DNA of 64,000 nt from Spirochaetia bacterium (lineage in GTDB: Bacteria > Spirochaetota > Spirochaetia > DSM-2461): the NCBI GenBank assembly GCA_963668315.1, contig OY764216.1:3936001-4000000 (forward strand). The letters are read 5' to 3'. A model generated the notes under the pieces. The model ran no database searches. It was not told the DNA's origin and was given only the letters and a program-made list of their open reading frames with translations. A program made the position numbers and the translations under genes. Of this stretch, positions 1-10,667 are shown one piece after another (the first letter of the stretch is position 1; each line of letters starts with the position of its first letter).

Positions 1-157
1 CGGTCTCATTCTGGCCGAGGTGGAATTCTCCTCATCCAGCCAGGCCGATTCCTTCACACCTCCCCGCTGGTTCGGTACCGAAGTGACCGGAGATCTCCGC
101 TATTCCAACAATTCCCTTTCCATCAACGGCCGTCCGGATAAGGAGGATTCTCCTTAA
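1..157 (+). CDS. CYTH domain protein (triphosphate tunnel metalloenzyme), 3' end only
   Basis: Frame 2 reads GLILAEVEF...PPRWFGTEVTGDLRYSNNSL, the typical CYTH C-terminus; TAA at 155-157. Confidence 0.8.
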   Translation, partial: GLILAEVEFSSSSQADSFTPPRWFGTEVTGDLRYSNNSLSINGRPDKEDSP

Positions 158-255
158 CCCTTTACTCATAAAAAGTTTCTTGAAAGAGACGGAATTATAC
201 CTTATCATTAAAATTGACTTACCCGCGCAGCCCCCACTATTAAGGAAGTTAAACC

Positions 256-1422
256 ATGAACAGTAAAATCCGTGATTTCATCCAGAGGTTTCACGAAGAC
301 CGCGAGAGTTATGAGAGAATTCAGGAAACCCTTTTATCCAATCTCGTCATGATAAGCGAAACCCCGGCACCGACCTTCAGGGAGCATACGAGGGCACGCT
401 GTCTCGTGAATCGCTATATCAGCAACAATCTTCTGAACTGCAACGTGGACGAATTGGGAAATGCCCTGGGTGTCATTCCGGGAAAAAGCGACCGCCATAT
501 TCTGCTTGTGGCCCATCTGGACACCTTCTTTTCCGAAAAGGTAGATCATACCATAACCATCCTCCCCGATACGGTGAAAGGTCCGGGGGTCGCCGACGAC
601 AGCCTGGGTCTGGCGGCATTGGCCACCCTGCCCTACATCCTTGAGACCTACGGCATAGAACTGGAATCTAACATCATCCTCATGGGGTCATCGCGCAGTC
701 TCGGCCGGGGGGATCTGGAAGGCCTCCGCTTTTTTCTTGATAACTTCAAGAAGCCCATTTCCGCCGGCGTCTGCCTGGAGGGAGTCAAGCTGGGAAGACT
801 CAGCTACTCCTCTATCGGCATGCTCCGGGGAGAGATCAACTACCGGGTTCCCGAATCCTACGACTGGACCAAGTTCAACTCCGAGGGAGCCATTATCAAT
901 ATGAACGATCTGATAAACCGGATTCTGGAGATACCCACCCCCAGCAAACCCAAGACCTCCATCGTCCTCGGCTCCATAGAAGCGGGGACCTCCTATAACA
1001 CCATCCCCATACGGGCCAAACTGAAGTTCGAGATCCGTTCCGAATCGGATGAGCTGGTAACGGAAATCGCCCACAAGATAGACAGTCTGACCCAGGAGAT
1101 GACCTCCCTTTCCGGAGCCCATGTGGAGTTCAAGAACCTGGCGAGAAGATCACCGGGCGGCACGGATTTTTCCCATCCCCTGAATAAAATCGGCAGGGAG
1201 ATCCTCACCGACCTCAACATCAATACCCGCCTGACTCCCAGTACTTCCGAACTCTCCGCCTTCATTACGAAAAATATCCCCGCCGTCACCATAGGTCTGA
1301 CCGACGGAGAAAACATGGGAGAGGAGGATGAGCTGATTCAGATACAGCCGCTGGAAAAGGGACTCACCCTCCTGGTCGGTCTGATTCTGGCGATTGACGG
1401 AGGTTATGCAAATGACAACTAA
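256..1422 (+). CDS. M20/M25/M40 metallo-hydrolase family protein, apparently lacking catalytic residues
   Basis: PAPTF-E, DELGN, AHLDT and GPGVADD motifs present; the usual EE motif and C-terminal His are not seen. Confidence 0.8.
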   Translation: MNSKIRDFIQRFHEDRESYERIQETLLSNLVMISETPAPTFREHTRARCLVNRYISNNLLNCNVDELGNALGVIPGKSDRHILLVAHLDTFFSEKVDHTITILPDTVKGPGVADDSLGLAALATLPYILETYGIELESNIILMGSSRSLGRGDLEGLRFFLDNFKKPISAGVCLEGVKLGRLSYSSIGMLRGEINYRVPESYDWTKFNSEGAIINMNDLINRILEIPTPSKPKTSIVLGSIEAGTSYNTIPIRAKLKFEIRSESDELVTEIAHKIDSLTQEMTSLSGAHVEFKNLARRSPGGTDFSHPLNKIGREILTDLNINTRLTPSTSELSAFITKNIPAVTIGLTDGENMGEEDELIQIQPLEKGLTLLVGLILAIDGGYANDN

Positions 1423-2449
1423 CGAGTGGATACGGAAAAACACGTACCATCATTCCGATTTCGAGGATCTTCAGACCCTGGTCGATGAAAAAAAGAAAAG
1501 GGGTCTTACCATCTCCCTCTGCATCCCCACCCTTAATGAAGCCCGGACGATAGGAAAGGAAGTGGTTATCTTCAAGTCGGAGCTGATGAACCGTTTTCCC
1601 CTTATTGATGAATTCGCCGTTATCGATTCAGGCTCCGATGACAATACCCTGGAAATTGCCGCATCCTTTGGTGCCGATACCTATCTGGCGTCCGATATTC
1701 TCCCCGGGCTTGAGAGCAAGAAGGGGAAAGGAGAGAATCTCTGGAAGGCCATCTACCAGCTTAAAGGGGATATCATCGTCTATATCGATGCGGATATAAA
1801 AAATATCCATCCCCGCTTCGTCTACGGCCTTGTCGGCCCCCTGATCTACCGGGAGGAGGTCAAATACGTCAAGGCATTCTACGACCGCCCCCTGGCCTTC
1901 TCCGACGGGATCAGACCGTCCGGCGGAGGACGGGTCACAGAGATACTGACCCGGCCGCTTTTCAGTCTGTTTTTTCCCGAACTGGCCGCCATCATACAGC
2001 CCCTGTCGGGCGAATACGCCGTAAGGCGGGAGACCCTGGAAAAAATATCCTTTCCCATCGGCTACGGGGTGGAAACCAGCCATCTGCTGGATGTCTACCG
2101 GGAACTGGGCATGAGCGCCTTCGCCCAGACCGATCTGGACCAGCGCGTCCACAGAAACCAGGAAACACGGGCTCTGGGGAAGATGTCCTTCGGTATCCTA
2201 CAGACCTTCCTGAACCGCATGAAAACCTACGGTATACTGAAGGATCTGCCGGAGATCAGCACCATGCTCAGACAGTTTCAGGTACGGGAGAATCAGTTTG
2301 AAATGGTGGAAAAAAACATAGTCGAGGATGAAAGGCCCCCCATGATAACCGTCCCGGAATACTTGAAAAAATTTCCCCGGGAAAAGGGAAAGAACAGGAT
2401 TCCTCCGCCGGGGGAAAAAAAAGAGCCTTCCGGTGGAGATAAAAAGTAA
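1412..2449 (+). CDS. gpgS: Glucosyl-3-phosphoglycerate synthase (GT81)
   Basis: IPTLNE, DSGS, GKGENLW, DAD, GGRVTE, QPLSGEYA, GYGVE and RVHRNQ motifs; start chosen at the ATG following GGAGG. Confidence 0.88.
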   Translation: MTTNEWIRKNTYHHSDFEDLQTLVDEKKKRGLTISLCIPTLNEARTIGKEVVIFKSELMNRFPLIDEFAVIDSGSDDNTLEIAASFGADTYLASDILPGLESKKGKGENLWKAIYQLKGDIIVYIDADIKNIHPRFVYGLVGPLIYREEVKYVKAFYDRPLAFSDGIRPSGGGRVTEILTRPLFSLFFPELAAIIQPLSGEYAVRRETLEKISFPIGYGVETSHLLDVYRELGMSAFAQTDLDQRVHRNQETRALGKMSFGILQTFLNRMKTYGILKDLPEISTMLRQFQVRENQFEMVEKNIVEDERPPMITVPEYLKKFPREKGKNRIPPPGEKKEPSGGDKK

Positions 2450-2473
2450 TTTTTCCGGTATAATGGGGACAAT

Positions 2474-3286
2474 ATGGAATCACCAGTAATTTTTAAGGAT
2501 GTCGTATTTCAATGGGCGGAAGGGGAAACTCTTTTCACTTCCCTTTCTCTGGAACTCCCCCGGGGGATTACAGCCCTGACCGGTCAGAACGGTTCGGGAA
2601 AATCCACCCTCATGCTGCTGGCGGGAGGCCGGATTCTTCCCCAGTCGGGAGAAGTCATTCTGAACGGAAAAAGTACGGATAAGTATTTCGACGAGGAAGA
2701 GCGCAACCTTGCGGCGTCCTTCGTTTACCAGAATATGGAATTCGAAACGGAAGAAAAAGCCGGAACAATTCTCGAGCAGGTGGCTGAGGCGGGCAGCCTT
2801 GGAATTGACAGTTCCCGGGTTTACGATGAGATTAAGGCGGCCCTTGAGCTGGAGACCCTCCTGGGCAGACCCCTCCAGAACAACAGCAAAGGAGAAATGC
2901 AGCGTCTCATATGCGCCTTCGCCCTTCTCTACGGCTCTCCCATCATTTTTATGGATGAGCCCTTTTTCGCCATGGAGGAGAAACAGCGCGAAAAGGCCCT
3001 GGAATATATATCCCACTATATCCACAGAAGGGAGGCATCCCTCTTTATCTCTCTCCATGAAATGGAATTGTCCACAAAATACAGCGACAATACTCTTCTC
3101 TTCTACAAGGATGACAGAATGATGCTGGGAAAGACCGATGAAGTACTGACCAAGAAGCATATTGAAGAGGCCTATCAGCTTCCCATGGATCTTCTTCACA
3201 GCAAGCAGGTTCTCTACAGGGAAAATCTCGCCAAGCCTCAGACAGAACTGCCCGAAGGTCTGGGAAGGGTTAGAACGTTCGAATAG
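2474..3286 (+). CDS. ABC transporter ATP-binding protein (orphan)
   Basis: Walker A GQNGSGKS, degenerate signature NSKGE, Walker B IFMDEP, H-loop. Confidence 0.85.
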   Translation: MESPVIFKDVVFQWAEGETLFTSLSLELPRGITALTGQNGSGKSTLMLLAGGRILPQSGEVILNGKSTDKYFDEEERNLAASFVYQNMEFETEEKAGTILEQVAEAGSLGIDSSRVYDEIKAALELETLLGRPLQNNSKGEMQRLICAFALLYGSPIIFMDEPFFAMEEKQREKALEYISHYIHRREASLFISLHEMELSTKYSDNTLLFYKDDRMMLGKTDEVLTKKHIEEAYQLPMDLLHSKQVLYRENLAKPQTELPEGLGRVRTFE

Positions 3287-3288
3287 CC

Positions 3289-4461
3289 CTACCGGAGCTT
3301 GAAAAAATGCCTGTCCAGGTAGCGGATTCTTTCCACTGCCTTCTCATAGTAATCGGTCAGGAAAAATGTCTTTTCTATGTATTCGTAGGTATCGTAAGCC
3401 CGCTTCAGATCCTGGAAGCGGGTGTTTTTTTCCAGAGTGCGGGCCATCCGGTAGTAGTACTCGGCCAGGGATTCGTCATCAGAAGCGGCATCAACAAGGA
3501 ATTCCAGCAGCTGCAGAGTCTCTTCCACCTTCTCCGGATCGTCCTCAATGACCTCCAGTCTCTCCGCAGCCTGTTCAACGGAAGGATCATCCGCTACCGG
3601 TGACGATGCCGGTTCCTCCATAATCGTGTTACTCAGGGCGGGAGCGGCATCGGAACCGTCGCTTTTCATTTCCTCCGCTCCGCCGGCCTCTTGGATGGTT
3701 ACAAGAATCTCCCCCTTCTCCGTATCCCCCGTACTGTGGTCCTGCCTTTGAAAGATCAGATAGTAGACTCCCGGCCCGGGAAACTGAAAGGAAAAAAGAG
3801 TCTTGCCGTCCATCGTCGTTCTATCGACATACTCGACATCCGAGCCATCCCTCTCCTTCATAAAGAACCAGTCCGATCCGTCCAGAGTCATGAGCCCGGC
3901 TTCGCCGGCGGAAAAGGTTTCTTCCTTGATGACGGGGATATCCCTCTCTTCATGGGAGACGGAATTATCTGCCTCCTTTTTATCCTGTACGGTCGGGGAA
4001 GGATCAGCTGCTCCTGCCGGAGGATTGCCGGCGGGTTCACCCTTCACGGCCTCTACAGGCGGCACGGCAGGAATGGTTTCTTCCCTTTCCCGGGTTACTT
4101 CAGGTGTACTTGCGGAAGATTCTGCCGGGAGCCGGGCATCCCCTTCTTCCTTTGACGATAGGCCATCGGATTGGTCGTGAAATACAGGAAGGGGCAGCTC
4201 CTCTTCTGAGGGATCTTCTCCCCTCTCAGCAGGCAGGGGCAGGAAGAGGGAAAGTGCGAGGCCGGGATGGGGAAGTTCGGCCGTTTCTTCCGGTTCATCC
4301 TCTTCGGGAAGAAGAGGGGTATAATCGGGAAGATCGGGAAGATCGGGAAGATCGGGAAGATCGGGAAGAACAGGAAGAACCTCCACGGTCCGACAGGAGA
4401 AAAAGAGGGACAGGATAAGAAAAGGAACAGCCATTCCCGGGAGGGGGCGCATATTTCTCAA
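3289..4461 (-). CDS. Lipoprotein with Pro/Glu-rich linker and C-terminal TPR-like helices
   Basis: Lipobox FFSC, (LPD)n repeat, C-terminal YYYRMAR...AYDTYE..I helical motif. Confidence 0.65.
   Translation of the reverse strand: MRNMRPLPGMAVPFLILSLFFSCRTVEVLPVLPDLPDLPDLPDLPDYTPLLPEEDEPEETAELPHPGLALSLFLPLPAERGEDPSEEELPLPVFHDQSDGLSSKEEGDARLPAESSASTPEVTREREETIPAVPPVEAVKGEPAGNPPAGAADPSPTVQDKKEADNSVSHEERDIPVIKEETFSAGEAGLMTLDGSDWFFMKERDGSDVEYVDRTTMDGKTLFSFQFPGPGVYYLIFQRQDHSTGDTEKGEILVTIQEAGGAEEMKSDGSDAAPALSNTIMEEPASSPVADDPSVEQAAERLEVIEDDPEKVEETLQLLEFLVDAASDDESLAEYYYRMARTLEKNTRFQDLKRAYDTYEYIEKTFFLTDYYEKAVERIRYLDRHFFKLR
4324..4377. repeat. 9-bp tandem repeat ATCGGGAAG, five perfect copies plus one degenerate copy
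   Basis: Read directly; encodes LPD repeats on the minus strand. Confidence 0.95.
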
Positions 4462-4868
4462 GGGACTCTTCCCAGCATCTCTTCCACGAGGGAATGATTA
4501 TGCTCGCTGATCTCACCGATACCCGTGTCGGCAGGATCGACCCAATAACGCTCGATTTCTTCGGATGACCAGTTTCTCTGCGGTTCCCTCTGCAGATGGG
4601 GCTGAGTCTGCTTCAGATTCTCCTGCTCGGGAAAGATGAAATCACCTGCCGTCAGATCGTCCAGGGAACGGTCAAGGGAATGGACAAAGGAATTCTGCTG
4701 CTGAATTGTATCTTCGGCGATCTTTCTGTTCCTCATGGAAAAAAAGATAATGGAGACGGAGATGAGAAGAGTCAGCATAAGAAAACTAACCATCACCAGA
4801 AGAAAAGCCTTCATATTGATAAAATCGCCCGGATGAAAGGACCTGATCTTCTCCCTGATATTAGCCAC
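4458..4868 (-). CDS. Hypothetical single-pass membrane protein
   Basis: One hydrophobic segment; overlaps both neighbours, consistent with the smc operon. Confidence 0.65.
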   Translation of the reverse strand: MANIREKIRSFHPGDFINMKAFLLVMVSFLMLTLLISVSIIFFSMRNRKIAEDTIQQQNSFVHSLDRSLDDLTAGDFIFPEQENLKQTQPHLQREPQRNWSSEEIERYWVDPADTGIGEISEHNHSLVEEMLGRVP

Positions 4869-7647
4869 CCATTTCCTCCTTCTCCAATCTCATGGCCACC
4901 AGCCGGGAGACTCCCGATTCCTGCATGGTGACACCTAGCAGAGTTTTGGCTCCGGTAACGGTCTTCTTGTTATGAGTGATAACGATGAACTGGGACCGGT
5001 CGGCAAAATCGATCAGAACGTTGACAAAGCGCTGAATATTGGCGTCATCCAGAGCGGCGTCAATCTCATCGAGAATACAGAACGGAGAGGGCCTGACCAT
5101 ATAGGTGGCGAAGAGCAGGGCCACTCCGGTCATGGATCTCTCCCCTCCCGAGAGCAGCGAGATGTTCTCCAGCTTTTTCCCCGGAGGCTGGGCATACATT
5201 TCAATACCCGATTCCAGCACGTTATCCGGGTCGAGAAGCTTGAATTCCGAACGGCCTCCCCCGAAAAGACGGCGGAAAATCACTTTGAAATTCTCCTCCA
5301 CCTCTTTATAGGTCTTTATGAAAAGCTCTGCCGACTCCTTTCTGATCTCACCGGTAACCTGTATCAGGTTCTCCCGGGCCTTACGCAGATCGTCAAGCTG
5401 ATTATTCAGAAAGTCATAACGCTCCTTGACCTCGGCGAACTCCTCGGGAGCCATCAAATTCACCTGCCCCAGCTGCTTCATTGCCATTTTCCGGGCGGAT
5501 AGGTCCTCCCGAATTTCCCGGCTGTCCCGTGTTATTTGGGGAATGCGATCCTCAAACTCGGTCAGATCCCGGGAATTCCGGTCTCGAAAATCTGCGGAAA
5601 GAGTTTCGATCTCCTCGTCCACATGGGAGATTTCCAGCCTAATTTTTTCAATCTCCACATTGGCCTGATTGATTTTCTCCTGCTTATCCCGGAGGGATTT
5701 CTGTTTGCCCGTCAGCTCCTCGTTGCGGCTGTTAATCCCCGATTCCAGTTTGCTCAGGCTTTTCCGAAGAGCCTCCTTCTCCTTATCCAGAATAACTTTG
5801 GCTTCTTCTATCTTCCTGATTTCCCCGTCGAACTGGGAAATTCTTTTCTGATCCTCCGCCTGCTTCTCCTGATTCTGCCTGAGAAGATTCGCCTGCTCTT
5901 CCCTTTCCTTTTCCATGTTTTTCAGGGAATCCTCACAGGCGGTCACCTGGGTCGTCATCCGGGCCCGGGTGATTCTCAACTCTTCCATCCCCGCCTTGAA
6001 CTCTTCGATTCTGCCGCTGTGCTGACGGTTTTCCTCGGCTCTCTGACGGTTTTTCTCCCTGTGCTCATTCAGCTCCTGGAGGGTTTTGTTCAGCTTTTCC
6101 TCAATCTCCTTCTTCCGGGTGATAATACCCTGGGGAGAAACGAGTTCCTTGATAAAATAGGGGAAATTCCCCTTATAGGAGTCGAGCAGATCCTCCAGCT
6201 GATCCAGCTTGATCTGACTGTCCTGCAGAAACAGGAGAGTGCTTTTCAGAAGATTGGCGCTCTCCTCCCCTTCCAGGCTGGCGAAATCCTTGAGAATGGC
6301 CGTTTTTCCGTCAATCTGAATACGGAACGCAGCGACCCATTCGCTGAGCTTCTCCTCCTGCTCTTCCTTCCTCTTGAGGGAAAATCCCGACTCTTTCAGC
6401 CCCTTGTCCAGCTCGGACACAATGGAGTCGGTCAGACGGCGGATCTCCTCCTCCAGACGGTTTCGCTCTTTTTCGCCCTCCTCCTGCGCTTTTTCACTCA
6501 GGGAGATGGCTTCATTATTCTTTTTGATCGTCTCTTCGGAACGACCGATTTTCTTGCCCAGCTGGAGAATATTGTTCTCTATCTCACCGATCCTGTCCTG
6601 GTAATTCTGCTTCTCTTTCTGCTTATCCTCGACGGCCTGTATAATCTGGCGGATTTTCTCGTTAAGCCCCTTCTCCTGAAGCTTCGTTTCCTCCAGGGCT
6701 GATTCAGCCTCACCCTTGCGTTCCTTGATCAGGCGGATCTCGTTATTCCGGTTATCCTTCTCCAGATCGATTCCGTAAAGCCTCTTCTGACTCTCGATAA
6801 GCTCGCTTTCCATGGAGTCGACCTGTCCGGCGCTCTCCTTGAGAAGACGGACGAGCTCTTCCTCCTCCTCCTTGAGCTTATTGAACTTCTTCTCCGTATC
6901 GGTAAGACCGGATTTCCGCTTTTCCCGAAACTCCAGGTACTTCTTCAGCTGAAGAAGTTTCAGGTCCAGATCCAGATCAAAGATCTTCTCCTTCAGCTCC
7001 CGGTAAACCATGGTCTTCTCGGTCTGTTTTTTCAGGGAATCATAATTTCTCTTTACCTCGTGGAGAATATTCTCGACCTGCTGCATATTCTCTTCGGTCT
7101 TATTGAGTTTTCTCTCCGCTTCGGTTCCCTTTATCTTGAATTTGGTAATTCCCGCCGCTTCTTCGAAAATGTAGCGCCTCTCCTCGGGTTTGCTGGAAAG
7201 AATCTGATCGATCCGGCCCTGCTCCATAATGGAATAGGCCGATTTCCCCACACCCGTATCGAGAAAAAGTTCCCTCAGCTCCTTAAGGCGCACGGGCGTA
7301 TTGTTTATCAGGTATTCGCTCTCCCCGGATCGGTAAAGACGCCGTTTGATAGCCACTTCGGGGACATCCAGCTCCAGAAGATTCTCCTCATTGGAGATAA
7401 AAAGGGTCACTTCGGCCACGTTCAGGGCTTTCCGCCCCTCCGTTCCGTTGAAGATAACGTCCTCCATCTTCTCCGCCCGCATATTCCGGGTGGACTGCTC
7501 TCCGAGCACCCATTTGATGGAATCGACGATATTGCTCTTTCCGCAGCCGTTCGGACCTAAGAGAGCGGTAATGCCCTTGTTAAAAATAATCTCTGTTTTA
7601 TCCGCGAATGATTTGAAACCAAGAATCTCCATTCGTTTTAAGAACAC
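4861..7647 (-). CDS. smc: Chromosome segregation protein SMC (short, P115-type)
   Basis: GFKSF, GPNGCGKSN, QG, long coiled coils, LSGGE, LDEIDAALD, ITHNK. Confidence 0.93.
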   Translation of the reverse strand: MFLKRMEILGFKSFADKTEIIFNKGITALLGPNGCGKSNIVDSIKWVLGEQSTRNMRAEKMEDVIFNGTEGRKALNVAEVTLFISNEENLLELDVPEVAIKRRLYRSGESEYLINNTPVRLKELRELFLDTGVGKSAYSIMEQGRIDQILSSKPEERRYIFEEAAGITKFKIKGTEAERKLNKTEENMQQVENILHEVKRNYDSLKKQTEKTMVYRELKEKIFDLDLDLKLLQLKKYLEFREKRKSGLTDTEKKFNKLKEEEEELVRLLKESAGQVDSMESELIESQKRLYGIDLEKDNRNNEIRLIKERKGEAESALEETKLQEKGLNEKIRQIIQAVEDKQKEKQNYQDRIGEIENNILQLGKKIGRSEETIKKNNEAISLSEKAQEEGEKERNRLEEEIRRLTDSIVSELDKGLKESGFSLKRKEEQEEKLSEWVAAFRIQIDGKTAILKDFASLEGEESANLLKSTLLFLQDSQIKLDQLEDLLDSYKGNFPYFIKELVSPQGIITRKKEIEEKLNKTLQELNEHREKNRQRAEENRQHSGRIEEFKAGMEELRITRARMTTQVTACEDSLKNMEKEREEQANLLRQNQEKQAEDQKRISQFDGEIRKIEEAKVILDKEKEALRKSLSKLESGINSRNEELTGKQKSLRDKQEKINQANVEIEKIRLEISHVDEEIETLSADFRDRNSRDLTEFEDRIPQITRDSREIREDLSARKMAMKQLGQVNLMAPEEFAEVKERYDFLNNQLDDLRKARENLIQVTGEIRKESAELFIKTYKEVEENFKVIFRRLFGGGRSEFKLLDPDNVLESGIEMYAQPPGKKLENISLLSGGERSMTGVALLFATYMVRPSPFCILDEIDAALDDANIQRFVNVLIDFADRSQFIVITHNKKTVTGAKTLLGVTMQESGVSRLVAMRLEKEEMGG

Positions 7648-7757
7648 CGCTCACCCCAAGAAAAAAATATGCCTTGATTATACCCCGGAGGAGACAAAAT
7701 GACAACGGCGATGTATGAAAGCTTAGGGCCGATCGGGCCGTGGTGAGGCGGGATTTT

Positions 7758-7786
7758 TTGACATATGGATGATTCTCCCTTAAAAT
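7758..7786 (+). promoter_or_regulatory. sigma70-type promoter of the nfeD-floA operon
   Basis: TTGACA-N17-TAAAAT. Confidence 0.7.
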
Positions 7787-7807
7787 TTAAAGATAGAGGT
7801 AAGCAAA

Positions 7808-9298
7808 ATGAAAAGAGCGGCCTTTCTGCTTTTTCTGTTTTCTCTTTTTTCCATGAGTCCGGTGACAGGCCAGTCCCATTCCCCGCAGGAAGGCCCGGTT
7901 TATATCATTCCCGTCAATCAGGATATCGATCCCTTTCTTGTGGTTTTCCTTAAAAGAAGCCTGACCAGAGCCGAGGAAGCGGGCTCTTCCCTCATCATTT
8001 TCGAACTCAATACCTTCGGCGGGCGCGTGGATTCGGCCCTGCAGATCGCGTCGCTTATCGGTTCGGCCGACTGGGCCGAAACGGTGGCCTACATACCCTC
8101 CTCCTCGGGCGGCACGGGAGTCAGCTGGTCCGCCGGAGCGCTCATTTCCTTTTCCTGCAATCAGATCATCATGGACGGGGGCACCTCCATCGGCGCCGCC
8201 GCTCCGGTATACCAGTCTCCCCAGGGAATGGTAATGGCCGAGGAAAAGGTTGTCAGTGCCGTACGGGGACAGATGGCTGCTCTGGCGGAAAAGAACGGCT
8301 ATCCCCTCTCCGTGGCTCTGGCGATGGTGGACGACGATGTGATTCTCTACGAAGTGGAAACAGAGGAGGGGCTGCGCCTCATGACGCCCGAGGAGATCGG
8401 AGAAAGGGAAAGGATCAGCGGCATCAGGCCGGAGCAGGGCAAACTAGTCTCAGCCCAGGACAAACTCTTGACCCTGACCGCCGGAGAAATGGAGAAATAC
8501 GGCATATCCTCGGCTACCGTCAACGGGAGGGATAACCTCTACAAGACCCTTGAGATAACCGCCTCCTCCATTGTCACCGCCGAAAGGGACAGGGCCGATC
8601 TTCTTATCGCCCTGCTCAGCAGCGCCGCGGCCACAAGCCTGCTTATCATGATCGGCCTGGTTGCCCTCTACGTGGAAATCACGAGCCCGGGATTCGGCAT
8701 TCCCGGAACCGTGGGGCTCATATGTTTCGCCGTAGTGTTCTCCACCAGCGTCATGATAGGAAATATGGGCTCCCTTGAGCTTCTCCTTTTCATGGGCGGT
8801 CTCATTCTCCTCCTTATCGAAATCTTCGTTATTCCCGGATTCGGCGTGACCGGCATCAGCGGGATAGTTCTCATACTCCTCTCCCTTGTCCTCTCCCGGC
8901 AGGATTTTGTCATCCCCGAGTTCGCCTGGCAGTGGGAGATCTTCTGGAAAAATCTTCTCTATGTCTCCCTGAGCCTCTTCGGGGCTCTGGCGCTCATCGC
9001 CGTCCTTATGATCGTTCTGCCCCAGTCCCGTCTTTTCGGCCGCCTTGTTCTGAATACCGGAGCCCTCCCCGTCGCTGCAGAAAGCAAGAATCCCTCTCCG
9101 CCCTCGGAATCTCCCGTTGACACAATCCCCGGACCGGGCCGTACGGGAGTGGTTCTGACCGACCTCCGGCCCGTGGGAAAAGCCGATTTCGACGGTAGGG
9201 TGCAGGTAGTCCAGACCGACGGAGAGTATATAGACAGGGGCACGGAAATTGTCGTTCTGAGAAAGGAAGGACTGCGAATCGTAGTCAAAGGAAGGTAA
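7808..9298 (+). CDS. nfeD: NfeD family membrane-bound serine protease (long form)
   Basis: [29 protein letters not shown] region with PGFG, C-terminal OB fold TDLRPVG. Confidence 0.9.
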   Translation: MKRAAFLLFLFSLFSMSPVTGQSHSPQEGPVYIIPVNQDIDPFLVVFLKRSLTRAEEAGSSLIIFELNTFGGRVDSALQIASLIGSADWAETVAYIPSSSGGTGVSWSAGALISFSCNQIIMDGGTSIGAAAPVYQSPQGMVMAEEKVVSAVRGQMAALAEKNGYPLSVALAMVDDDVILYEVETEEGLRLMTPEEIGERERISGIRPEQGKLVSAQDKLLTLTAGEMEKYGISSATVNGRDNLYKTLEITASSIVTAERDRADLLIALLSSAAATSLLIMIGLVALYVEITSPGFGIPGTVGLICFAVVFSTSVMIGNMGSLELLLFMGGLILLLIEIFVIPGFGVTGISGIVLILLSLVLSRQDFVIPEFAWQWEIFWKNLLYVSLSLFGALALIAVLMIVLPQSRLFGRLVLNTGALPVAAESKNPSPPSESPVDTIPGPGRTGVVLTDLRPVGKADFDGRVQVVQTDGEYIDRGTEIVVLRKEGLRIVVKGR

Positions 9299-9300
9299 TC

Positions 9301-10299
9301 ATGTTTATAGCGGTCTATATCGTGGTCGGGATCGTCAGCCTGATGGTTCTGCTTGTATTTCTCAAGTTCTTCGGTTTGTGGTTCCGATCCCTCCTGTCCG
9401 GAGCGACGGTGCAAATGAACAGAATCATCGGAATGTGGATAAGAAAAGTGAATGCCAAGCAGATTGTGGACAGCCGCATTATGCTGGTAAAAGGCGGTCT
9501 AGCCACCGATTCGGACCTTCTTGAAACCCATTATCTGGCCGGCGGGAACGTCATAAACGTCAGTAAAGCTCTTATTGCCGCCAACAAGGCCAATCTGGAT
9601 CTGCCCTTCTCCAAAGCGGCCGCCATAGATCTGGCCGGACGGGACGTATTGGACGCGGTAAAGACCTGCGTTAATCCGAAGGTGATTGACTGCCCGAACC
9701 CGTCAAAGGGCAAACTGACCATAGACGCGGTGGCCAAAGACGGTATCCAGCTCAAGGCTAAAGCCCGGGTTACGGTGCGGACCAATATCGAACGACTTAT
9801 CGGCGGGGCCACGGAAGAGACGATAATAGCCCGTGTGGGAGAGGGTATCGTCACCACCATTGGGTCAGCCCTGACCTACAAGGATGTACTGGAAAATCCC
9901 GATAATATATCCAAAACGGTACTGGCCAAGGGGCTGGATGCGGGAACGGCTTTTGAGATACTTTCCATTGATATTGCCGATGTGGACGTGGGGTCCAACG
10001 TGGGAGCCAAGCTGCAGGCCGACCAGGCCGAGGCGGATATGCGCCGGTTCCAGGCGGTGGCCGAGCAGAGACGTGCCGCGGCCAAGGCCAGGGAAGCGGA
10101 GATGCTGGCTGATATCCAGGAGAACCGGGCCAAAGTTGTTCTGGCCGAAGTGGATATTCCCAAAGCCATGGCCGAATCCTTCAGAAAGGGAAATCTGGGT
10201 ATTATGGATTATTACCGCATGAAAAACATCCAGGCTGATACCTCCATGAGGAACAGCATAGGGGGCGATCTCAAGGAAGAAGGACCGGGTAAAAAATGA
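9301..10299 (+). CDS. floA: Flotillin-like protein FloA (YqfA)
   Basis: [61 protein letters not shown]. Confidence 0.95.
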   Translation: MFIAVYIVVGIVSLMVLLVFLKFFGLWFRSLLSGATVQMNRIIGMWIRKVNAKQIVDSRIMLVKGGLATDSDLLETHYLAGGNVINVSKALIAANKANLDLPFSKAAAIDLAGRDVLDAVKTCVNPKVIDCPNPSKGKLTIDAVAKDGIQLKAKARVTVRTNIERLIGGATEETIIARVGEGIVTTIGSALTYKDVLENPDNISKTVLAKGLDAGTAFEILSIDIADVDVGSNVGAKLQADQAEADMRRFQAVAEQRRAAAKAREAEMLADIQENRAKVVLAEVDIPKAMAESFRKGNLGIMDYYRMKNIQADTSMRNSIGGDLKEEGPGKK

Positions 10300-10667
10300 T
10301 GGATATAGGAGATGCCATTCTAAGCCTGATTACCTTCCTATTCTTTGTCTTTCTGTTTATCAATCCCTATCTACGGAAGCTGACCAGGGAAGCGGAAAAA
10401 GCGGAGGCCGATGAAGAGGCGGCACAGACACAGGACTTATCCAAATACCAGGCGGAAGAGGAGATTTCAGATCACACACCCGCCCCAGCCCCTGAATTTT
10501 CGGTCCGACAGGAATTACCCCGGGAAATGAAAAGCCCTATCATTGCATCACAGGATTACGGTCCCGTAGAACGAATTGAAAATCTTTCCCCCTTGAAAAG
10601 AGCCTTCCTCTGGAGCGAGATACTTCCCGGAACCCCTTATGAAAAAGACGGGGGAGGATTGGGATAA
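10296..10667 (+). CDS. Small membrane protein (YqfB-like position and motif)
   Basis: N-terminal TM, C-terminal [15 protein letters not shown] overlap with floA. Confidence 0.6.
   Translation: MMDIGDAILSLITFLFFVFLFINPYLRKLTREAEKAEADEEAAQTQDLSKYQAEEEISDHTPAPAPEFSVRQELPREMKSPIIASQDYGPVERIENLSPLKRAFLWSEILPGTPYEKDGGGLG

Noticed and set aside
4324..4377. Possible CRISPR-like repeat
   Set aside because: 9-bp units with no spacers, inside a CDS; no cas genes in the window
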